Origin: Planctomycetota bacterium
GTDB taxonomy: Bacteria > Planctomycetota > PLA2 > JAEUHO01
Assembly: GCA_050248855.1 (NCBI GenBank)
Contig: JBFWRP010000030.1
Coordinates: forward strand, 1 to 55,336
Length of the DNA: 55,336 nucleotides
Direction of reading: 5' to 3'
Part shown: in pieces, positions 28,592 through 39,156 of the stretch
Layout: each line of letters opens with the position of its first letter
Numbering within the stretch: position 1 is the stretch's first letter
The notes under the pieces: model-generated
What the model was told of the DNA's origin: nothing
The model's database searches: none
Seen by the model: the letters and a program-made list of their open reading frames with translations, nothing else
Program-made: the position numbers and the translations under genes

Positions 28592-29836
28592 ATGCAGAGC
28601 CGCCGCCGTTCCTGTTCCGGCCGCGCGGCGGTCACCTGGGTGCCGTGGCTCGCCGTGACGCTCTTGGCGGTCTTCTCGCTGGTGCAGCTGAGGGGGCGGG
28701 GCAAGTCCGAGGCACCGCCAGCGGTCCACGGGGAGAGCGGCGCCAAGGCCGCGGCTCCGATCGTCAGCGTGGCGCCCGGGACGCAGGCCACGGACCCGGG
28801 GACCGACTTCGCCCACGCCTTGGCGCTCGACGAGGAGGTCCTGGCCGCCAGCCAGGACCTGCGCAAGACGCGCGAGGCGCTCGAGGGCGAACAGCGGGCA
28901 CTGGCTGCGGCGCGTGCGGAGAACCTGCGCTTGGCCGTGGCACGCGATGCGTGGCGCGCCGCAGCGGAGGCCGCAGCGAAGGAGGCGCCGGCCGACGACA
29001 CGCTGCCGGGTGAGGCGAGCGGGGGGCCTGCCGCCGACGCCGGTGCGCTGGCGAAGGCCGAGGCCCGCGTGCGCGAGCTCGAGGCCGAGCTCGCCAAGGC
29101 GGGAGGACCGGCCTGGAAGAACCTCCTCGCGAAGGACGCGCAGGCGAAGGAAGCGGCGCGGGCTGCGCTGACGGAGCACGAGGAGGAGCGCAGCGTGTTC
29201 CGCATGGCGCTCGGCTCCGGCGACCCCACGGCGCGTCGCGCCGCGCGTGTGCTGTTCGAGGGCGAGGAAGCCCCGGTCGAGCTCGTGGGCCCCGCGCTCC
29301 AAGCGGCCGCGGCCGCTGGCGACACCGGGTTGCTGGACGCGATTGGCATCGATGCCGCGCTCCAGCCCATGGCGTTCTTGCACGTGGGGGGCGAAGAGCC
29401 GGCCACCTCCACGCTGTTGGCCTGGCTAGCCGGACGGTCCGCCACGCTGACGGACGAAGAGCGTGCGAAGGCTCGCACGTCGGTCGCCGGATCCGCCTCC
29501 TACGACGGTCCGTGGGTGCGCTCCGCGTGGTTCCACCTGCGACTGTTGGCGCGCCTCGATCCCGCGGCCGCCCTGGCAACGAGCCCAGCGCCCTACGATG
29601 CGAACACGCCGATCGAGCTGGTCGAGGCCGTCGCACGGCAGGGCGAAGGGGCCTTGGCGGAGGGCAGCGGCGACCTGGCGCTGCGCGCCTTGCTGGAAGG
29701 GGACTTGGCCATCCGCCGCGCCGCGGCCGTCGTCGCGCGTCGCGTGTACGGCTCGACCTTCGACATCGACCCCGCCGCCGACGCCGAGACGCGTGCCGCG
29801 GGCGTCGCTCGCTTCCGCGAAGTGCTCCCCCGTTGA
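28592..29836 (+). CDS. Hypothetical membrane-anchored coiled-coil/helical protein
   Basis: GAGGAG RBS; N-terminal TM helix; Ala/Glu coiled coil; overlaps the ung start. Confidence 0.7.
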   Translation: MQSRRRSCSGRAAVTWVPWLAVTLLAVFSLVQLRGRGKSEAPPAVHGESGAKAAAPIVSVAPGTQATDPGTDFAHALALDEEVLAASQDLRKTREALEGEQRALAAARAENLRLAVARDAWRAAAEAAAKEAPADDTLPGEASGGPAADAGALAKAEARVRELEAELAKAGGPAWKNLLAKDAQAKEAARAALTEHEEERSVFRMALGSGDPTARRAARVLFEGEEAPVELVGPALQAAAAAGDTGLLDAIGIDAALQPMAFLHVGGEEPATSTLLAWLAGRSATLTDEERAKARTSVAGSASYDGPWVRSAWFHLRLLARLDPAAALATSPAPYDANTPIELVEAVARQGEGALAEGSGDLALRALLEGDLAIRRAAAVVARRVYGSTFDIDPAADAETRAAGVARFREVLPR

Positions 29837-30522
29837 GCGCGGTGGGGTTGCTCCCCGTCGCGTGGCGGGGCGTGTTGGCGGACGCGATCCGCGACCCGGT
29901 GTTCGCCGAGCTGCAGGAGACGATCGCCTCCGAGCGCGAGCGGGGCATCCAGGTGCTGCCCGCGGCACGTCAGGTGTTCGCCGCCTACGCGGCCGTCGCG
30001 CCCGACGACGTGCGCGTGGTCATCCTGGGCCAGGACCCGTACCCCACGCCGGGGCATGCGCACGGCCTCGCCTTCTCCTACCGCGGTCGTGGTGCACTGC
30101 CGGGGTCGCTTCGCAACATCGTCGCGGAGGTGCAGCGCGACCTCGGCGTGGACCTCGGTCGTGTGCGCGGCGATCTCACGCCGTGGGCGGAGCAGGGCGT
30201 GCTGCTGCTCAACACGGTGCTGACCGTGCGTGCGGGGGAAGCGGGCAGCCACCGAGGCCTGGGCTGGGAGCGCTTCGTGGACGCCACGATCGACGCCTTG
30301 GTCGCCCGCGAGACGCCGATCGTGTTCCTGCTCTGGGGCAGTGACGCCAGGCGTCGCGCCCGCCGCATCCGTCCGCCGCACGTGGCGCTCGAGGCGGGGC
30401 ACCCGTCGCCGCTGTCCGTTCGGCATTTCCGTGGCTGCGGGCACTTCTCATCGGCCAACGCGATCCTCGGCGACCGGGCGGTCGAGTGGACCGCCATCGG
30501 CCACGCCAAGGCGAGGCAGTGA
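29833..30522 (+). CDS. ung: Uracil-DNA glycosylase family 1
   Basis: ILGQDPY, GLAFS, GVLLLNTVLTV and HPSPLS. Confidence 0.95.
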   Translation: MSAVGLLPVAWRGVLADAIRDPVFAELQETIASERERGIQVLPAARQVFAAYAAVAPDDVRVVILGQDPYPTPGHAHGLAFSYRGRGALPGSLRNIVAEVQRDLGVDLGRVRGDLTPWAEQGVLLLNTVLTVRAGEAGSHRGLGWERFVDATIDALVARETPIVFLLWGSDARRRARRIRPPHVALEAGHPSPLSVRHFRGCGHFSSANAILGDRAVEWTAIGHAKARQ

Positions 30523-31019
30523 GCACGCACGAGCACGGTATCCGACTCGTCCACGACGACGTCACGAGCGAGGTCGAGGTGCGCTGTCCGGCGGGCCATC
30601 CGCTGGTCTTGAAGTGCCACCCCCTTCGGCGTGGCAAGGGCCGTTTCGAGCCGTTCCCGACGCTTTGGTGGCTTGTTTGTCCGCGCGTGGTGGAGGCCAT
30701 CTCGCGCCTCGAGCACGCGGGGTACATCCACCGCTTCGAGGAGCGCTTGGCCGCGGAGCCCGACGCCCGCACGGCCCACGGAGCGGACCACGACGCGTAC
30801 ATCGCCGAGCGCTGGTCGCTGCTGTCGGACGACGAGCGCCGCCAGATCGAGGCCCGCGGCCTTGCGGCAAGCCTCTCCGAGCGTGGGATCGGCGGCATCC
30901 GCGACCGCCGGCGTCTGAAGTGCCTGCACCTGCACTACGCGCACCATCTCGCCCGCGGCAGCGTCATCGGACGTTGGATCGACGAGCTCGGGGCCGTGGT
31001 CCCGTGTGCGGGAAGCTGA
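30519..31019 (+). CDS. DUF501 family protein
   Basis: RCPAGHP, PFPTLWWLVCP, ISRLE, GIGG and LKCLHLHYAHHL. Confidence 0.85.
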   Translation: MSTHEHGIRLVHDDVTSEVEVRCPAGHPLVLKCHPLRRGKGRFEPFPTLWWLVCPRVVEAISRLEHAGYIHRFEERLAAEPDARTAHGADHDAYIAERWSLLSDDERRQIEARGLAASLSERGIGGIRDRRRLKCLHLHYAHHLARGSVIGRWIDELGAVVPCAGS

Positions 31020-31150
31020 ACGCAGTCGTACGGTGCGGGTGCGAGGGCGCACACGCTCCCACCGCTCGTTGCATGCGACCCTGGCGCGCCCGGCGTCCGG
31101 CCCGGCGCGGACCCCGTACCGCGTACCTCGGCATCCCTGGAGACCTCGCC

Positions 31151-31828
31151 ATGCGTCGTATCGCGTTCCTCCTCGCCCTCGCGCTCGTCCTGCCGCTGGC
31201 GGCAGCCTGTGACGACCTGGGCCCGACCGCCCCGCGCGACCACCCCGCGGCCGAAGGCGGCACGCCGCTGCCCGATTGCGCGATGACCGTTTCGTTCCCC
31301 TGGATGGGCAAGCAGTCCGTCATGTGCGTCGGCGACAGCGTCGAGCGCCAGATCGCCTTCCTCGACTTCACGAGCGAGACCAACGAAGGCGACGGCTCGA
31401 GCCTGCTGGGCACGGTCGCGATCGACGAGAAGGGCGTGGGCACCGGTCGCTTCACGGCCGCCGCCAAGGCCCTGCGCAGCGGTCACGCCGATCGCGACGT
31501 CAAGCTGATGGGCGGCGCCTGGCTCGACGCCGAGACCCATCCCACGCTGGGCCTCGAGATCAAGCGCATGACCCGTATCAAGCCAACCGTCTGGAAGGTG
31601 GAAGGCAGCTGGACCATGCGCGGCGTCACGCGCGACGTGACGTTCCAGGTCAACGCCCGCTCGGTGGGGGAGATGAAGTACGTGGGCGAGGACGTCGTCC
31701 GCATCACCGGTCGCTTCGACGTGGACCTCAAGCAGTACGGCATGGACAACGGCTCGGTCGGGACCAGCGCCGTGGCCCAGGTCTGGACGATCGACGTGGG
31801 CCTGCTCGGCGTGGTGAAGCGGCTGTAG
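31151..31828 (+). CDS. YceI-like lipoprotein
   Basis: Lipobox LAAAC; SG..DRD..L....WLDAETHP and G.WTMRGVTRDV. Confidence 0.85.
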   Translation: MRRIAFLLALALVLPLAAACDDLGPTAPRDHPAAEGGTPLPDCAMTVSFPWMGKQSVMCVGDSVERQIAFLDFTSETNEGDGSSLLGTVAIDEKGVGTGRFTAAAKALRSGHADRDVKLMGGAWLDAETHPTLGLEIKRMTRIKPTVWKVEGSWTMRGVTRDVTFQVNARSVGEMKYVGEDVVRITGRFDVDLKQYGMDNGSVGTSAVAQVWTIDVGLLGVVKRL

Positions 31829-31847
31829 GCCGCAACCGCTCCGCCGC

Positions 31848-32255
31848 ATGAGCTCGCGCCGTCTCGCCTTCGCGGCGTTGGTCCTTCTCGTGACCACCGC
31901 CGCGGCGGATGCGTGGTGGGGCGTGGACGTCACGTACGTGCTCGCCCCCGCCGACGCCGACGCCGGCGGGACGGAGAGCGGCTTCGTCCCGGGCGACGAT
32001 CCGGCCCGCCGTTTCGGGGCCCCCGTGCCCGGGGGCACCGAGCGCGTGCTGCTCGTGGACCGGTCACGGCTGGTCGTGCCCGAGGAGGACCTCGCCCGGC
32101 GGCTGATCGTGCTGCCCGCGGGCGCGGACCTCGACGCGGCACGGCCCCTGGCTGCGCGGCGGGCTTGGTTGTTGGCCTTGGCACTGGCCGGGGTGCTGCT
32201 GGTTGCGGCGGTCCTCCGTCGCGCCCGGGAAGGCGCGCGGGCGGCGGGCCCGTAG
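31848..32255 (+). CDS. Hypothetical membrane protein
   Basis: N-terminal signal and C-terminal TM helix; sits in operon position. Confidence 0.6.
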   Translation: MSSRRLAFAALVLLVTTAAADAWWGVDVTYVLAPADADAGGTESGFVPGDDPARRFGAPVPGGTERVLLVDRSRLVVPEEDLARRLIVLPAGADLDAARPLAARRAWLLALALAGVLLVAAVLRRAREGARAAGP

Positions 32256-32302
32256 CATGGCCGCCCCGCCCATGGCCTGATGCGACGGGCGGCGGAGGAT
32301 CC

Positions 32303-35300
32303 ATGGCAGCCAAGCGACGGCCTGCCCGGCGCACGACGCGCCGAGCCGCCCCGAAGGGTGCGCCCCGTGGCGTGACCCACCCCTTGGGCTACTACCGCGA
32401 GCCCACCATCGCCGGCGACCGCATCGTCTTCGTCAGCGACGACGACCTGTGGGCCGTCGGTCGCGAGGGCGGCCTGGCCACGCGGCTCACGGCCGGGGAC
32501 GGCAAGGTCGGGGCGCCACGGCTCTCGCCCGACGGCCAGCTGCTGGCCTTCACCGCCGACTACGACGGCGGCTTCGAGGCCTACGTGATGCCCGCCGAGG
32601 GCGGCACGTGGCGCCGGCTCACGTGGCTCGGCGGCATCACGCGCACGGTGGGCTGGCGCGCCGACGGCAAGTCGGTGCTCGTCATCTCCAACGCCGACCA
32701 GCCGTTCCCCAACGACTTCCGCCTGCACGAGGTGCCGCTGGACGGTTCCCCGAGCAAGCCGCTGCCCTTGGGCCCGGCCCGCGCGCTGGCCGAGGAGCCG
32801 GGCGGTCCCGGCCGGGTGCTCGGCCTCAACACGGGTGACCCCGCCCGCTGGAAGCGCTACCGCGGCGGTACGCGCGGCCGCCTGCTGGTGGACCGCGAGG
32901 GCAAGGGCGCTTTCGAGCCGCTGCTCGACTCGACCGGCAACCTGTCGTCGCCCATGTGGATCGGGAAGCGCATCTGGTTCCTCAGCGACCACGAGGGCCA
33001 CGCCAACCTCTACTCGTGCACGCCCACCGGTCGATCGTTGACGCGCCACACCGACCACGAGGGCCTCTACGCCCGCATGGCGGCCACCGACGGCAAGCAC
33101 GTCGTCTACCACCTGGGCGCCGACCTCTGGGTGCACGATCTGGCTACCGACACCAGCAGCAAGCTCGACGTGCGCATCGCGAGCCCGCGCACGCAGCGCA
33201 CGCGGCGCTACGTGCCGGCCGCCAAGTACATGGAGAGCGCCTCGCTGCACCCGCAGGGGCACTCCATCGCCATCGTCACGCGCGGCGGCACGTGGACGAT
33301 GCCGCTGTGGGAGGGCGCACCGCGCCGCCACGGCGAGGTGTCGGCCGTGCGGCAGCGCATGTCCGCGTGGCTGCCCGACGGCGAGCGCTTCGTCGCGATC
33401 GACGATGCCGACGGCGAAGAGCGTCTGGTCGTCCTCAAGGCCTCCGGCGAGGGGCGCCCCAAGCGCTTGCGCGCCGACATCGGCCGGGCGCTGGACCTGG
33501 CCGTGGCGCCCGCAGGCGCCGATCGCGTGGCGATCGCCAACCACCGCCAGGAAGTCCTCGTGGTGGACCTCACGACCGGTCGTGCGCAGAAGGTGGCCTC
33601 CAGCCCCTTCCACCGCATCGGCGGCCTCGCGTGGTCGCCCGACGGACGGTGGCTGGCCTTCGGCCTGGCCGAAAGCCACACGGGCTCCTCGCTCAAGCTG
33701 TACGACACGAAGGACGCCGCGCTCCACGACGTGACCAACGGCGACTTCTTCGACGGTACGCCGGCGTTCGATCCGGACGGCAAGTACCTCGCGTTCCTCT
33801 CCGGCCGTGCGTTCGATCCCGTCTACGACAGCCACTACTTCGACCTCGGCTTCCCGCGCGGCTTCGTGCCCTGCCTCGTGCCGCTGGCGGCGGATGCGGC
33901 CGATCCCTTCGCGGCGGGCCGCAAGGACGCCAAGCCCGTCGTGCCGGGCGGCAGCGAGTCCAAGCCGGCGTCCTCCAAGAAGGGCGCGGGCAGTGCCAAG
34001 AAGAAGCCCGGTCCCGAGCCCACGCGCGTGGACCTGAAGGACATCGGGCGACGTGTTCTCGCGTTCCCCGTGCCCGAGGCGCGCTACGAGGGGTTGGTCG
34101 CCGTCAAGAACCGCTTCCTCTTCCTGTCCGTGGATCCCACGGGCAGCCTCGACGACGCGCCGGCCAGCGCGCCCCGCGCCGAGCTCACGGCCTACGACCT
34201 CGAGGCCGGCGAGCGGCAGGTCTTCGGGGAGCGGATCACCGACATCGAGGCCACGGCCGACGGGCGTCACCTGTTGCTGCGCGTCGGCGATCGCCTGCGC
34301 GTGCTCGCCGGCGCGACCAAGCCCAAGGAGGCCAGCAGCGAGAGCGAGCCGTCGCGCAAGACGGGCTGGCTCGACCTGGGTCGTCTGCGCGTGGAGGTCA
34401 ACCCGGCCCTCGAGTGGGAGCAGATGTTCCACGAGGCCTGGCGCCTCCAGCGCGACCAGTTCTGGACGGAGGACATGGCCGGCGTGGACTGGCAGGCCGT
34501 CCACGCGCGCTACCAGCCACTGGTCGCGCGGGTCAGCACGCGCAGCGAGTTCTCCGACCTCATGTGGGAGATGCAGGGCGAGCTTGGCACGTCGCACTGC
34601 TACGAGATGGGCGGCGAGTACGCTCCCGGGCGCAGCTACCCCATGGGTCGTCTCGGCGCCGACATGGCGTGGGATGCGAAGCTGTCCGCGTGGCGTGTGA
34701 CGCGCCTGCCGCAGGGCGACACGTGGTCGCCGGCCGGTCGCTCGCCGCTGGCCGCCCCGGGCTTGGGCATCCAGGTCGGCGACTTGATCACGGCCATCGA
34801 CGGCAAGTCGCTGGACCGCACCACGCCTCCGGGCGCCGCCCTGGTGCACCGCGCACGGACCGACGTCGCCATCACGGTGCGCCGCGGGGCCGCCAAGCCC
34901 CGCACCGTCGTCGTCAAGACGCTCGGCAGCGAGCACGAGCTGCGCTACCGCGACTGGGTCGAGCGCAACCGGGCGTTCATCCACAAGGTCAGCAAGGGCC
35001 GCGTGGGCTACGTGCACGTGCCCGACATGGGCCCGCGCGGCTTCAGCGAGTTCCATCGCTACTACCGCGGCGAGGCGCGCCGCGACGGTCTCGTGGTGGA
35101 TGTCCGCTACAACGGCGGGGGGCACGTGAGCCAGCTGCTGCTGGAGAAGCTGCTGCGGCGTCGCATCGGCTACGACCGCACGCGCTGGATGGGCGTGATG
35201 CCCTACCCGCAAGACGCCACCACCGGCTGTCTCGTGGCGCTCACCAACGAGCATGCGGGCTCCGACGGCGACATCTTCAGCCACAGCTGGAAGATCTACG

Positions 35301-35623
35301 GGCTCGGGCCCCTGATCGGCCGCCGCACCTGGGGCGGCGTCGTCGGCATCTGGCCGCGCCACGCCTTGGTCGACGGCACCGTCACCACCCAGCCCGAGTT
35401 CGCCTACTGGTTCCAGGACGTCGGCTACGCCGTCGAGAACTACGGGACGGACCCGGACATCCCCGTGGACATCCTCCCGGCCGACTACGCGGCGGGCCGC
35501 GACCCGCAGCTGGAGCGGGCGTGGACCGAGATGAAGCGGCTCCTGGGCGAGAAGAAGCCCGCGCTGCCGACCTTGGGCCCGGTGCCGAGCATGGCCCCCC
35601 CGCGCCTCCCGCGCCGCTTGTAG
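32303..35623 (+). CDS. Tricorn protease homolog (peptidase S41B)
   Basis: Propeller repeats (DDLW, SPDG, WKRYRGG), GELGTSH, PDZ domain, DVRYNGGG, GSDGDIF, RTWGGVVG and DPQLE. Confidence 0.95.
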   Translation: MAAKRRPARRTTRRAAPKGAPRGVTHPLGYYREPTIAGDRIVFVSDDDLWAVGREGGLATRLTAGDGKVGAPRLSPDGQLLAFTADYDGGFEAYVMPAEGGTWRRLTWLGGITRTVGWRADGKSVLVISNADQPFPNDFRLHEVPLDGSPSKPLPLGPARALAEEPGGPGRVLGLNTGDPARWKRYRGGTRGRLLVDREGKGAFEPLLDSTGNLSSPMWIGKRIWFLSDHEGHANLYSCTPTGRSLTRHTDHEGLYARMAATDGKHVVYHLGADLWVHDLATDTSSKLDVRIASPRTQRTRRYVPAAKYMESASLHPQGHSIAIVTRGGTWTMPLWEGAPRRHGEVSAVRQRMSAWLPDGERFVAIDDADGEERLVVLKASGEGRPKRLRADIGRALDLAVAPAGADRVAIANHRQEVLVVDLTTGRAQKVASSPFHRIGGLAWSPDGRWLAFGLAESHTGSSLKLYDTKDAALHDVTNGDFFDGTPAFDPDGKYLAFLSGRAFDPVYDSHYFDLGFPRGFVPCLVPLAADAADPFAAGRKDAKPVVPGGSESKPASSKKGAGSAKKKPGPEPTRVDLKDIGRRVLAFPVPEARYEGLVAVKNRFLFLSVDPTGSLDDAPASAPRAELTAYDLEAGERQVFGERITDIEATADGRHLLLRVGDRLRVLAGATKPKEASSESEPSRKTGWLDLGRLRVEVNPALEWEQMFHEAWRLQRDQFWTEDMAGVDWQAVHARYQPLVARVSTRSEFSDLMWEMQGELGTSHCYEMGGEYAPGRSYPMGRLGADMAWDAKLSAWRVTRLPQGDTWSPAGRSPLAAPGLGIQVGDLITAIDGKSLDRTTPPGAALVHRARTDVAITVRRGAAKPRTVVVKTLGSEHELRYRDWVERNRAFIHKVSKGRVGYVHVPDMGPRGFSEFHRYYRGEARRDGLVVDVRYNGGGHVSQLLLEKLLRRRIGYDRTRWMGVMPYPQDATTGCLVALTNEHAGSDGDIFSHSWKIYGLGPLIGRRTWGGVVGIWPRHALVDGTVTTQPEFAYWFQDVGYAVENYGTDPDIPVDILPADYAAGRDPQLERAWTEMKRLLGEKKPALPTLGPVPSMAPPRLPRRL

Positions 35624-35707
35624 CGCCGCTTCGTACCATCACGCCCTCACATGAGGAGGGGCCCGCACCCCTCCTCCGCAGACGGGCAAAGCGCCCGGGA
35701 GGACACG

Positions 35708-36367
35708 ATGACGATGCGACGTTTCGGGATCGCGCTGGCCGCGACCCTTGCCGTGGGCGCCCTGGCCGTCCGCGGTGTTGCCGAAGACCCGCCGGCCGGC
35801 GGCGGCGACCCGATGGCTGCCTACATGCAGTGCCACCAGCCGGGCCCGGCCCAGGCCTCGCTGACCACCATCGAGGGCGCGTGGAAGGCCACGGCCACGT
35901 TCTGGATGGCGCCGGACCAGCCCCCGCAGGTGATGGAAGGCAGCTCCGAGAACGCCATGATCCTGAACGGTCGCCACCTCGAGACGTGGTTCTCGGGCGA
36001 CATGATGGGGATGCCCTTCGAAGGCCGCGGCATGCTCAGCCACGACAACTTCCGCAAGTACTGGCAGATGACGTGGATCGACAGCGTCGGCACCAACAAC
36101 ACGACCTACGAGGGCCCCGCGGGCGACGACCTCAAGAAGATCGTGGTGCAGGGTGTCGAGAACCAGCCTTACGGCAAGTTCGATGCTCGCTGGACGATCA
36201 AGCTCGAGAGCGCCGACAAGTACACGATGACCAGCGAGAAGAGCCCGCTCGGCAAGAACACCTGGATGAAGGACATGGAGATCGTCTACACGCGCATCGT
36301 GGAGACGGACGAGCCCGAGGCCCCCGAGGACGGCGACGAAGCCCCCGACGGCGGCGGCATGCGCTGA
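35708..36367 (+). CDS. DUF1579 family secreted protein
   Basis: Signal peptide; PGP...L..IEGAW, GMPFEGRG and TWIDS.GT. Confidence 0.8.
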   Translation: MTMRRFGIALAATLAVGALAVRGVAEDPPAGGGDPMAAYMQCHQPGPAQASLTTIEGAWKATATFWMAPDQPPQVMEGSSENAMILNGRHLETWFSGDMMGMPFEGRGMLSHDNFRKYWQMTWIDSVGTNNTTYEGPAGDDLKKIVVQGVENQPYGKFDARWTIKLESADKYTMTSEKSPLGKNTWMKDMEIVYTRIVETDEPEAPEDGDEAPDGGGMR

Positions 36368-36401
36368 CCGTTAGGCGTTCACCCTCAGAGGTGCGGACGT
36401 A

Positions 36402-36578
36402 CGGCTCGCCAGATGCTCGGTCCCACCGTGAGGGGTGCAGGGGTGGTGCGGAACCAGCACCCCTGCTGCGTAGGCGGAGCCGGAGCACCAAGTCCGCGCG
36501 GGAGCGCGGAACTCCGACGGCGGACGTGACCACGAGTCGTCGCCGATGCTGGCGCGCTACCGTCGCCCTGGCGACCCG
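36402..36578 (-). repeat. Hairpin element A, copy 2, with module B (36425-36512) replacing one arm
   Basis: Both ends match element A; the internal segment matches the reverse complement of 99-185. Confidence 0.85.
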
Positions 36579-36814
36579 ATGCGTGGCGGTCGCGCTCCAC
36601 TTCGAGCGGCGTCTACGCACCCTTGACGGCCGATGCTCGGGGTAGGTGAACGGGTACGCTGATCGAACGGGAGGCATCCCGCCCGTCAGGCGTCCTTTGG
36701 CGGACGCCCGACCCCCAGCCGGCCCGCGCGGACGCCCTCCGCGCGGGCCGCTCCATTTGGCGGCGGCCCGGGCTTGCGTTCCGGCCCGCCCCGGCTTCCA
36801 TAGGCCCCCTTCGA

Positions 36815-36888
36815 GGCACCGTGGCCGAGTGGTCAGGCAACGGATTGCAAATCCGTGTATCCCGGTTCGATTCCGGGCGGTGCCTCCA
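36815..36888 (+). tRNA. tRNA-Cys (GCA)
   Basis: Acceptor GGCACCG/CGGTGCC, anticodon arm CGGA-TTGCAAA-TCCG, GGTTCGATTCC and encoded CCA. Confidence 0.97.
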
Positions 36889-36927
36889 CTTCCTCCGTCT
36901 GGACCCGATGGGCAACGAGGCCGGTCC

Positions 36928-38742
36928 ATGACGTCGCATGCAGTCTTTTGGTCTGCCGTGGTGCTGCTTTTGGTCGCTTGCGTGCCTCCGCGGGCCCACG
37001 CCGACCCAGCAACCATCGTCCCCGAAGGCGCGCGCATTCGCCTCGAGCCCATGCGCACGCGCTGGTGCGTGGGCGACAACGTGTCGGTGCGCTACGTCGT
37101 GGAGAACGCCAGCGACGTGCCGTTCAAGGTGGAAGCCACACCCCCGGGCTCCGACGACTGGTGGGCCCCGCAGGTCCTGGATGCGTCGGGTGAACAGGTC
37201 ATCTCGCCGAAGAGGAACGTGAGCGCTTCGTGGCCCATGAGCTCACCGCAGGTCACGGTGGCGCGCCCCTTCGCCCGCGTCGTGTCCCTGGTGCGCTACG
37301 GCGTGCTGGACCGCCCGGGGCGCTACCGCGTGAGGCTCTTCCACCCCCTGGGCTGGAAGGACCCGGACGGCAAGCGCGGCTCGGGCCTCGGGGACGACAC
37401 GATGGCGGAGGATCCGCGATGGGCGGAGACGTGGATCGAGCTTGTCGAACCCACGGCCGAGCGCGTGCAAGCCGTGCTCGACGTGCTCGAGCGATACCCT
37501 GACGACGAGGCACGCCGTCGCTCTACCGAAGAGGTGACGCCGCGTGCCGAGCTCCTCCGCCACCCGGCCTACTTGGCACCGTTGCTGGCGCGCCTGCGGA
37601 AGACCCACCGATCGAAGCGACATGCCGAGGCATGGTTTCGGGGAATCCACGGCATCCCGACCGTCGAGGCCACGAGCGCGCTGCTCGACCTCCTCACGAC
37701 GCAGGAGCACGCGCCGTGGGTGCGCTTCGTACCCCCGGACCTGTGCGCGCGGGCTCTCTTGGAACGGGTACCGCGCTTCGTCGGACCCGGCCTGACCCTG
37801 GGTCCAGACCGTGCCCTCGGCGGGGGGCCCCCGTTCAGCCTCTCCCTGTCGCCCGGGTACCGGGAACGGGCGTGGAGCGACCACCTCGCGCCCCGCGTGC
37901 GCGCTTGGGCGTGCGAGCAGCTCGATCCTCCGGGTGACGTGCTCCGTCACGCGTTGCGTCTGCTTGCCGCGGTGGGGGAGCCCGAGGACTGGCCGCTGGT
38001 CGAGCCACGGCTCGCTCACAGCCTCGACGAGGCGCAGCGCATGCCCACCTGGCCCGCGACGCCCGAGGACCAGCACGAGCTTCATGGCGTGCTGCAGGTT
38101 CTCTCGCGCGTCCAGCGAAGGGGACGCACGCCGCCGTCGGCACCGGCGACCGCGATCGACATCGTCTCGACGCTCGTGTGGATGGCCGACCATCCGGAGG
38201 AGGCCCTCACGCACCACGGCGAGCTGGTTCCCGCGTGGCTCGACCACGAGAGCGCATTGGTGCGGGCCCTGACCGTCGTCGCGATCCCCGAGCCGCTACC
38301 CGGCTTTGCAGCGCGCAAGCTGGAAGCGCTCTGCGACGACGACAGCGCCGTGGTCCGCCGCGCGGCGCTCCACGTGGTCCGCCGGGAGCCCCACGAGCGC
38401 TACCGCGGCGGGGTGATTCGCGCCTTCGGCCGCTCCGACGACCCTGACGACATCCAGGCTGCGCGGCGTGCGGCCGCCGCCCTGCGCATCGACCACGTGG
38501 ACCTGCTTCTCGTCGATGCGGCCCGGCTGACGGAAGCCAGTGCGTACCCCACGCGTTGGCAGAGCCTGGCGCGGGCCACGGGATACCGCGGCACGTCACC
38601 TCAGCAGCCCCCGCCGCCCGAGGAGCGCCAGCGACTGGCCAGGGCATGGCGCGAGTGGCTGCGGCGTCACCGCGAAGACCTCGGCCGCCGAGGTCGCGTC
38701 GTCCCGAGCGAGGACGAGCTGCGCGAGCTGGCACCGCGGTAG
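36928..38742 (+). CDS. Hypothetical secreted protein: Ig-like N-terminus plus HEAT-like repeats
   Basis: Signal peptide; LDRPGRYRVRL; HEAT-like segments WLDHESALVRA and LCDDDSAVVRRAAL. Confidence 0.7.
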   Translation: MTSHAVFWSAVVLLLVACVPPRAHADPATIVPEGARIRLEPMRTRWCVGDNVSVRYVVENASDVPFKVEATPPGSDDWWAPQVLDASGEQVISPKRNVSASWPMSSPQVTVARPFARVVSLVRYGVLDRPGRYRVRLFHPLGWKDPDGKRGSGLGDDTMAEDPRWAETWIELVEPTAERVQAVLDVLERYPDDEARRRSTEEVTPRAELLRHPAYLAPLLARLRKTHRSKRHAEAWFRGIHGIPTVEATSALLDLLTTQEHAPWVRFVPPDLCARALLERVPRFVGPGLTLGPDRALGGGPPFSLSLSPGYRERAWSDHLAPRVRAWACEQLDPPGDVLRHALRLLAAVGEPEDWPLVEPRLAHSLDEAQRMPTWPATPEDQHELHGVLQVLSRVQRRGRTPPSAPATAIDIVSTLVWMADHPEEALTHHGELVPAWLDHESALVRALTVVAIPEPLPGFAARKLEALCDDDSAVVRRAALHVVRREPHERYRGGVIRAFGRSDDPDDIQAARRAAAALRIDHVDLLLVDAARLTEASAYPTRWQSLARATGYRGTSPQQPPPPEERQRLARAWREWLRRHREDLGRRGRVVPSEDELRELAPR

Positions 38743-38817
38743 GCGACGACCACCGTGTCCGTCTTGCCCTGCGCGCGGTGAGTATGCTGGGCGCCTGATC
38801 GCCGTGTCGGAGGATCG

Positions 38818-39156
38818 ATGCCCGCCGTCCACGTTCTGGCTTCTGCTGCGGGCATGGCGTGGGCCCTGGCGGCGTTGTTTGCCCTGCTCGCCGTACTGCA
38901 CATCTTCCGCGCGGACTGGGTCTGGCGCTGGCACGCCTACCGGATGCGCTGCGATGGCATCATGCACGTCGAGCGCACGGACGCGTGGGAACGCCGCAAC
39001 GCCCTGCACGGCATCTGGCTGGTCTTCTGTGCTGTGATCACCGCGGGCGCGGCCGTCGCTATCGACCGTCAGTTCGGGGATCGGTCCATGCCCACCCCCG
39101 CGGCGCGTCCACGCATCGACTTCACACCCGACGCCCTTCGCATCGAAGACCGTTAG
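38818..39156 (+). CDS. Small two-TM membrane protein (possibly DUF6199-like)
   Basis: GGAGG RBS; two hydrophobic segments flanking W.W...ERTD.W. Confidence 0.6.
   Translation: MPAVHVLASAAGMAWALAALFALLAVLHIFRADWVWRWHAYRMRCDGIMHVERTDAWERRNALHGIWLVFCAVITAGAAVAIDRQFGDRSMPTPAARPRIDFTPDALRIEDR

Noticed and set aside
30935..35362. 1475-aa minus-strand ORF and similar long ORFs (47115-50618, 10858-13137, 13564-16185, 32956-36645)
   Set aside because: Antisense or alternative-frame shadows of well-supported genes, as expected at high GC.
36380..36410. Group II intron domain V (GAGCCGTA on the minus strand)
   Set aside because: No matching DV stem or DVI follows and there is no RT ORF; the sequence is the end of element A.
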